In this document: one piece after another, positions 59,027 through 64,000 of the stretch
Layout: each line of letters begins with the position of its first letter
How positions within the stretch are numbered: the first letter of the stretch is position 1
Origin: Myxococcales bacterium
GTDB lineage: Bacteria; Desulfobacterota; Binatia; HRBIN30
Assembly (NCBI GenBank): GCA_037445065.1
Contig: JBBILD010000015.1
Location: forward strand, 27,575 to 91,574
Reading direction: 5' to 3'
DNA: 64,000 nt
Translations under genes and position numbers: made by a program
Notes under the pieces: model-generated
Databases searched by the model: none
What the model was told of the DNA's origin: nothing
Seen by the model: the letters and a program-made list of their open reading frames with translations, nothing else

Positions 59027-60079
59027 ATGCCAGCCAAGGGGCTCGCGGTCTCGGCCGAGGACGTTTTTGCTGCAGCGGAGCGCATCGCGCCGTTCGTGAA
59101 CGCGACGCCGGTTCTCCGCTCGCGAACTCTCGATCAACTCACGGGCGCACGCTTGTTCTTCAAGTGCGAGAACTTCCAGCGCACGGGCTCGTTCAAGTTC
59201 CGAGGCGCCTGCAATGCAGTCCTGTCGCTGGATTCGGAGAGTGCAGCCCGCGGTGTGCTCACCCATTCCTCGGGAAACCACGGAGCCGCGCTTGCGCTGG
59301 CCGCCCAAATCCGCGGCGTTCCAGTGCACTTGGTGGTACCCGATGGAGCAAACCCGGCGAAGCTGGCGGCGGTGGAGCGGTACGGGGCACGCATCGTGCG
59401 GTGCGCGGCAAGCATGGAGGCACGCGCCCGCGTGGCCGCCGAGTTGGCTGCGGCCACTGGGGCGGTGCTGGTGCACCCGTACGACGACCCGCGTGTGATT
59501 GCCGGGCAGGGCACGGTCGCGCTGGAGCTGTTGCGCGAAGTTGGTCCGCTCGACTACTTGGTGGCGCCTGTGGGGGGAGGCGGGCTGCTCAGTGGATCAG
59601 CCGTGCTGGCCAAGCACATGCAGCCTTCGTTACAGCTGATCGGCGCGGAGCCTGCAGGGGCCGACGATGCAGCTCGTTCGCTTGCGGCTGGCGTGCTCCT
59701 CGCCCGGCCGCAACCGGAGACGATTTGCGACGGATTGCGTGCCAGCCTTGGGTCGCTGCCCTTCGCCGTGTTGCGCGCCACGCAAACCAGCGTGGTGACG
59801 GTGGACGACACACACACCTGCGCAGCGATGCGCTGGATTTACGAGGTCTTGAAGGTGGTGGTGGAGCCATCTGCCGCGATCGCATTGGCCGCCGCACTGC
59901 AGCGGCGCTTCGAGTTTCCTCGCGCGGCGCGCATCGGTGTCCTCCTTTCTGGCGGCAACGCCGATCTCGACGCACTGCCCTGGATGTTGCCGAAGCCAGC
60001 CGCTCCGGATCGAGCTCTAGCGGGACCGACCAGCGCACCGCTGCCCGGGGAGAGGCGAAGAGCGAGAGGCGACGAGTAG
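59027..60079 (+). CDS. PLP-dependent serine/threonine dehydratase or serine racemase family protein
   Basis: FKCENFQRTGSFKFRGA, THSSGNHG, GQGT, VGGGGL, VEPS, SGGN motifs. Confidence 0.9.
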   Translation: MPAKGLAVSAEDVFAAAERIAPFVNATPVLRSRTLDQLTGARLFFKCENFQRTGSFKFRGACNAVLSLDSESAARGVLTHSSGNHGAALALAAQIRGVPVHLVVPDGANPAKLAAVERYGARIVRCAASMEARARVAAELAAATGAVLVHPYDDPRVIAGQGTVALELLREVGPLDYLVAPVGGGGLLSGSAVLAKHMQPSLQLIGAEPAGADDAARSLAAGVLLARPQPETICDGLRASLGSLPFAVLRATQTSVVTVDDTHTCAAMRWIYEVLKVVVEPSAAIALAAALQRRFEFPRAARIGVLLSGGNADLDALPWMLPKPAAPDRALAGPTSAPLPGERRRARGDE

Positions 60080-60413
60080 GTGTCGGCAAGAAGCGGGATT
60101 CGGATCCCGAGGGTGGCAAAAAACAACAGGGGTCAGCTGTTATCCCCGAACGGGCAGCCGTGGCCCGCACGACGCACGAGGCAAATCCGCTGAGAGGTTG
60201 CACGCGTGTCCGGAGCGCGCGAGAAGCGCCGTGTCATCACCCAGCCTGAGACCTCGCTGCTTTCGGCGCCGTGCCCCGAGAATGGGGTGTCGTTTCCCCC
60301 GAAGTGGCGGACGCTGGTCGGCCACGGCCACGGTATGGTTGGGCCGGAGCGGCCAGTGGCAGCGGCCTGGCGCCTTGCTTGCCAGGCGTGACGAGCGTAC
60401 AAGCGCGCGCGGC

Positions 60414-61196
60414 ATGCGCGAGCTGATCGACATGTGGTCGCATACCCGCATGGTGGTGCTGACGGCGATGACCGCCTCGCTCTACGCCGCGATTCTCATT
60501 CCCTTCAAAGTCTTGCCCATCATCCCCGGGGTCACGGAATTGCGCCCGGCCAATGCAGTGCCCGTGGTGTGCTCGTTTCTCTTCGGGCCAGCGGGTGCCT
60601 GGGGCGCAGCCATCGGCAACGTGATCGGAGACTTCTTTGGCGGGTTTGGCCCCGGGGACTTTTTCGGGTTCTGGGGCAATTTGCTGTACGGCTTCGTTCC
60701 CTACCGGATGTGGGAAATTCTCACCCAGCGCTCGCCACTGCCGCGAGACGCTTTCGGTTGGGGCTTGTGGTTCGTGGTGGTTACCAGTGCGAGTGCCGCT
60801 TGTGCGGTGGTGATTGGCTGGGGACTCAACCTCCTCGGTTTCGTTCCCTTCCGCGTGCTTGCCAACGTGGTGTGGTTGAACAACACGCTGGCGACGGTTT
60901 TGATCGCTCCCTTTTTGCTCGCCGCGATTTACCCGCGTGCGGAGCGGGCACGCCTGACGTATCGCCACGTTCTCGTGGCTCGCCGAGCTGCCGCCGGCGT
61001 GCGCGCGTATGTGGGGCTCGCCGTGCTGCTCGGCGGTGTCGCGTGGGCAATGGTGTGGGGGAACTGGATTTCTGCTGGTGGTGCACCGCTGGCGATTCTG
61101 GCCAGACTGCCGGACACCGGTACGGGGGCGGTACCAGTTGGGGTGGGGCTGATCCCGCCATTGCTCTTGATCGTCTTGGGGTTGTTCTTGCTGTGA
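60414..61196 (+). CDS. ECF transporter S component (QueT-like)
   Basis: ASLYAA, ELRPAN, LFGPAGAWGAAIGNVIGD; multiple TM helices; sits upstream of the ECF A and T genes. Confidence 0.75.
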   Translation: MRELIDMWSHTRMVVLTAMTASLYAAILIPFKVLPIIPGVTELRPANAVPVVCSFLFGPAGAWGAAIGNVIGDFFGGFGPGDFFGFWGNLLYGFVPYRMWEILTQRSPLPRDAFGWGLWFVVVTSASAACAVVIGWGLNLLGFVPFRVLANVVWLNNTLATVLIAPFLLAAIYPRAERARLTYRHVLVARRAAAGVRAYVGLAVLLGGVAWAMVWGNWISAGGAPLAILARLPDTGTGAVPVGVGLIPPLLLIVLGLFLL

Positions 61197-62899
61197 CCGC
61201 GCAGGACTCGCGAGCCCTGGCTGCCTGCCTGCGAGGGGTGTCGTTCTGTTACCTGCAAGCGGGCGAGCCCGCGTTGCGCAGCGTGGATCTCGCTGTCCCG
61301 CGCGGCTCGATGACCGTCATTTGTGGCGCCAACGGCGCCGGCAAGAGCACGCTGGCGCGCCTGCTCGATCGGAGCATTCCGTCTTTTTACCCCGGCGAAC
61401 TGAGTGGCGAGGTCTGGCTCCTCGGCGAGCGGTGCCGCGAGCAGACCATGGCCTCCTTTGCAGGCCGCATTGGCTTTGTGGCGCAGGACTTCGAAGCGCA
61501 GCTCTTCTCGACGAGCGTGGTCGCCGAGCTTGCCTTTGGGCTCGAGCAACTCGGCGTGCCGCCGGCGGAAATGAACCGGCGCATTTCGACCGCCCTTGCC
61601 GCGGTCGGACTCGAAGGGTTTGAGGAGCGCGACCCAGCCTCGCTTTCCGGGGGTGAAAAACAGCGCCTGGCGATCGCGGCTTTGCTTGCCCTGGAGCCGG
61701 AGCTGTTGGTGCTGGACGAACCTACCACCGACCTCGACCCGCAAGGTAAAGAAGAAGTGCTCGAAGTTCTGTGGAGCTTGCGCGCACGCGGCCAGACCCT
61801 GGTGGTGGTCGAGCACGAGCCCCGCGCTCTCGAGATGGCGGATCAAGTGGTGCTGCTGCGCGCGGGGGAAGTGGCAGCGTGTGGTGCGCCTGGTGAGGTG
61901 TTGCGGCAGGTAGAACTCCTGGAGAACAACGCCGTGCGCCCACCGGATCTGGTCCGGCTTGCTGCCGCGGTTGGTTGGGAGACGGCACCCACCAGTGTGC
62001 AGGAAGCATACGAACGCCTGGGTGCGCCGCGTCTCTCACAAGGCCGAGCCGGCTCACAAGATGCCGCTTCCACGGGCGCAGCGAACTGCTTACTCGCCGC
62101 ACGAGAAATCACCTATCGGTATCCGGAGGCTCCTGCTCCGGCGTTGCACGAAGTGTCGTTCCGCGTCTCGCCCGCGGAGCGGGTTGCCATTCTCGGACAA
62201 AACGGCTCGGGCAAAACCACCTTAGCTAGGATCCTGACGGGCTTGCTTCAGCCGGCGCAAGGGAGCGTGGAATTGGAGGGCCGGCCACTCGCCGCGTGGA
62301 GCTTGACGGAACGGGCGGCACGGGTGGGTTACGTGTTTCAAAACCCGGATGAGCAGATCTTCACCGCGCGAGTCGCGGACGAAGTGGCTTTCGGACCGCG
62401 CCAGCTCGGACTCGCCGAGGGTGAAGTGAGGGAGCGGGTGCAGGAAGCGCTGGCACTAGTGGGGCTTGGCGAGCGTGCCAATGCCGACCCTTTTTGGCTG
62501 GGCAAAAACGAGCGACAGCGACTGGCGGTTGCCTCCGTGCTGGCCATGCACCCGAAGGTGGTCATTCTCGATGAGCCGACCACCGGGCTTGACCAGCACG
62601 AGCAACGCGACCTCTTGCAACTGATCGAGCGCTTGCGGGTACGCGGCATGGCCGTGGTGATGATCACGCACAACCCGTGGCTGGTGATCGAAGGAGCGGA
62701 GCGCTGCGTGTTGCTAGCAGGTGGCACCGTGATTTTCGATGGTAGCTTGCCAGAGCTGGTGCAGGCTCCAGAGCTCTGGCGGCGGGCGCGTTTTCGTGTA
62801 CCAGCGGCGGTCGAACTCGCGGCACGGTGCGGCCTTTGGGTGCGCTCCGTGGAGGAGCTCGCCCGGGCTGTGGCGGGGAGGGCAGGGCGATGCGCCTGA
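61193..62899 (+). CDS. ECF transporter fused double ATPase
   Basis: Two NBDs: GANGAGKST/LSGGEKQR/LDEPT and GQNGSGKTT/FQNPDEQ/LDEPT; GTGA overlap. Confidence 0.9.
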   Translation: MTAQDSRALAACLRGVSFCYLQAGEPALRSVDLAVPRGSMTVICGANGAGKSTLARLLDRSIPSFYPGELSGEVWLLGERCREQTMASFAGRIGFVAQDFEAQLFSTSVVAELAFGLEQLGVPPAEMNRRISTALAAVGLEGFEERDPASLSGGEKQRLAIAALLALEPELLVLDEPTTDLDPQGKEEVLEVLWSLRARGQTLVVVEHEPRALEMADQVVLLRAGEVAACGAPGEVLRQVELLENNAVRPPDLVRLAAAVGWETAPTSVQEAYERLGAPRLSQGRAGSQDAASTGAANCLLAAREITYRYPEAPAPALHEVSFRVSPAERVAILGQNGSGKTTLARILTGLLQPAQGSVELEGRPLAAWSLTERAARVGYVFQNPDEQIFTARVADEVAFGPRQLGLAEGEVRERVQEALALVGLGERANADPFWLGKNERQRLAVASVLAMHPKVVILDEPTTGLDQHEQRDLLQLIERLRVRGMAVVMITHNPWLVIEGAERCVLLAGGTVIFDGSLPELVQAPELWRRARFRVPAAVELAARCGLWVRSVEELARAVAGRAGRCA

Positions 62900-63642
62900 G
62901 TTTGTACTTGGTGCGCGATACTCCCGTGCATGCCTTGCACCCTGTCGCCAAGGTGTGGGCGCTGTTGGCACTGCTAGTGGCCGCGTTCGTGACCTCCTCT
63001 GCAGGCCGCGGTTTGCTGTTGTGGCTGATCGTGGCTGGCTTGCTGGCTTGGGGCCGCGCCGGAGCCAACGTGTATCGCTTGCGCTGGCTGTTCGTGCTCG
63101 TGTTCGCGATGACCTGGCTCGTGTGGTCGCTCTTCCTACGCACCGAGGGAGCCTGGGTCGAGATCGGCCCCCTGCATCCGAGCTGGCAAAGCGTGCAAAT
63201 GGGTCTCGGCATGGCCATGCGCATCACGAGTTTTTTTGCCCTTGGGCTACTGTTTTTGAGCACCACTCGCATCGAAGAGTTTGCTTGCGCCTTGCGTCGC
63301 TGCGGGGTGCCTCCGAAGGTGGCTTTCGTGTTTACCTTGGCGTTTCGCCTCGTTCCGCTGTTTGTGGAGGCCGCGCTTACCGTGCTTGACGCACAACGCT
63401 GTCGCGGGCTCGATCTCTCCCAGGGGCCGTGGCACCAGCGCGCGCGACGCTACGCGATGGTGATCGTGCCGATCTTCATCGGGGCTTTGCGCCGGGCCGA
63501 CGGCATGGCCATCGCCCTCGAGGCACGCGGTTTCCAGCGCGCCGGGACCCGTACGAGTTACCTGCGTTTCCGCTGGACCCACCGTGACTCTGTCGCCTCG
63601 GTGTGCGCGACCTTACTCGCCGTCGCTTGGCTGGCCCTGTAG
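62890..63642 (+). CDS. ecfT: ECF transporter transmembrane component T
   Basis: LHPVAK, LAFRLVP, AQRCRG, ALEARGF motifs. Confidence 0.9.
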   Translation: MRLSLYLVRDTPVHALHPVAKVWALLALLVAAFVTSSAGRGLLLWLIVAGLLAWGRAGANVYRLRWLFVLVFAMTWLVWSLFLRTEGAWVEIGPLHPSWQSVQMGLGMAMRITSFFALGLLFLSTTRIEEFACALRRCGVPPKVAFVFTLAFRLVPLFVEAALTVLDAQRCRGLDLSQGPWHQRARRYAMVIVPIFIGALRRADGMAIALEARGFQRAGTRTSYLRFRWTHRDSVASVCATLLAVAWLAL

Positions 63643-63738
63643 CTCGTCTGCCACCACGAAACTCGTCGGCCTGGCAAGAAGCCGCGTTCCCCCCCCACCC
63701 CGCTGTCGCCAAACGTCCACGCCGCCGCCACCAGGGAT

Positions 63739-63938
63739 GTAGGGGCGGCCCTTGTGAAAGCGAGCGGCGAGCAGGGGGCGGTGGGGCAGGCGAATTGCGA
63801 ATGGCGAATGGTGAATGGCAGAGGGTGAATGGTGAATGGCGAATGGGCGTGGCGCACGGACAACGTGGTGCAATGTCCCGCCGCCCATGCGGCATCACGT
63901 CGGATTCGAAACGCGGGCAGGCACAAGGCCTGCCCGTG
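63739..63938. repeat. REPIN copy 3 enclosing a heptamer tandem repeat
   Basis: GTAGGGGCGGCCCTTGTG at 63739 and CGGGCAGGCACAAGGCCTGCCC near 63914; eight GYGAATG-like heptamers at 63790-63845. Confidence 0.75.
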
Positions 63939-64000
63939 CGTTGCAAACCGCTGCGTCGGGCAAAAACACGCACGCCGGGGCGGCCGTGATGGTCGTCCCG

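Noticed and set aside
60094..60126. Hairpin plus A-run upstream of the QueT-like gene as a preQ1 riboswitch
   Set aside because: The loop does not match the preQ1-I consensus and the site is about 290 nt from the start codon.

Overview
GC-rich bacterial chromosome segment with about 53 credible CDSs and one frameshifted pseudogene. I saw no rRNA, tRNA, CRISPR array, integrase or transposase. Cys-rich secreted proteins with Pro/Thr linkers, a MYXO-CTERM-like tail and several luciferase-like monooxygenases suggest a Binatia/Myxococcota-like organism; this is inference only. Housekeeping blocks: plsX-HAD phosphatase-cutA; thrC-metB-2-hydroxyacid dehydrogenase-waaF; metF; rne; an A1-type cytochrome c oxidase cluster with a dihaem cytochrome c; htpX-DUF1844-degQ-mrcB; a QueT-type ECF transporter. 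Accessory content: a compact merRTPA operon with a visible MerR operator, a TolC/ABC-2/MlaC module, four Pro/Thr-rich secreted proteins, a GH94-like enzyme, and a dispersed GTAG-type REP/REPIN repeat family. Best leads: (1) a riboflavin-synthase homologue lacking two conserved active-site residues and translationally coupled to a luciferase-like monooxygenase; (2) a small secreted protein built from (His-Lys-Pro)n repeats with its own strong terminator; (3) adjacent plant-type threonine synthase and plant-type cystathionine gamma-synthase; (4) an MlaC gene embedded in an ABC-2 exporter operon. Family assignments come from motif recognition by eye, not database searches. Start codons were trimmed by hand from the ORF track.
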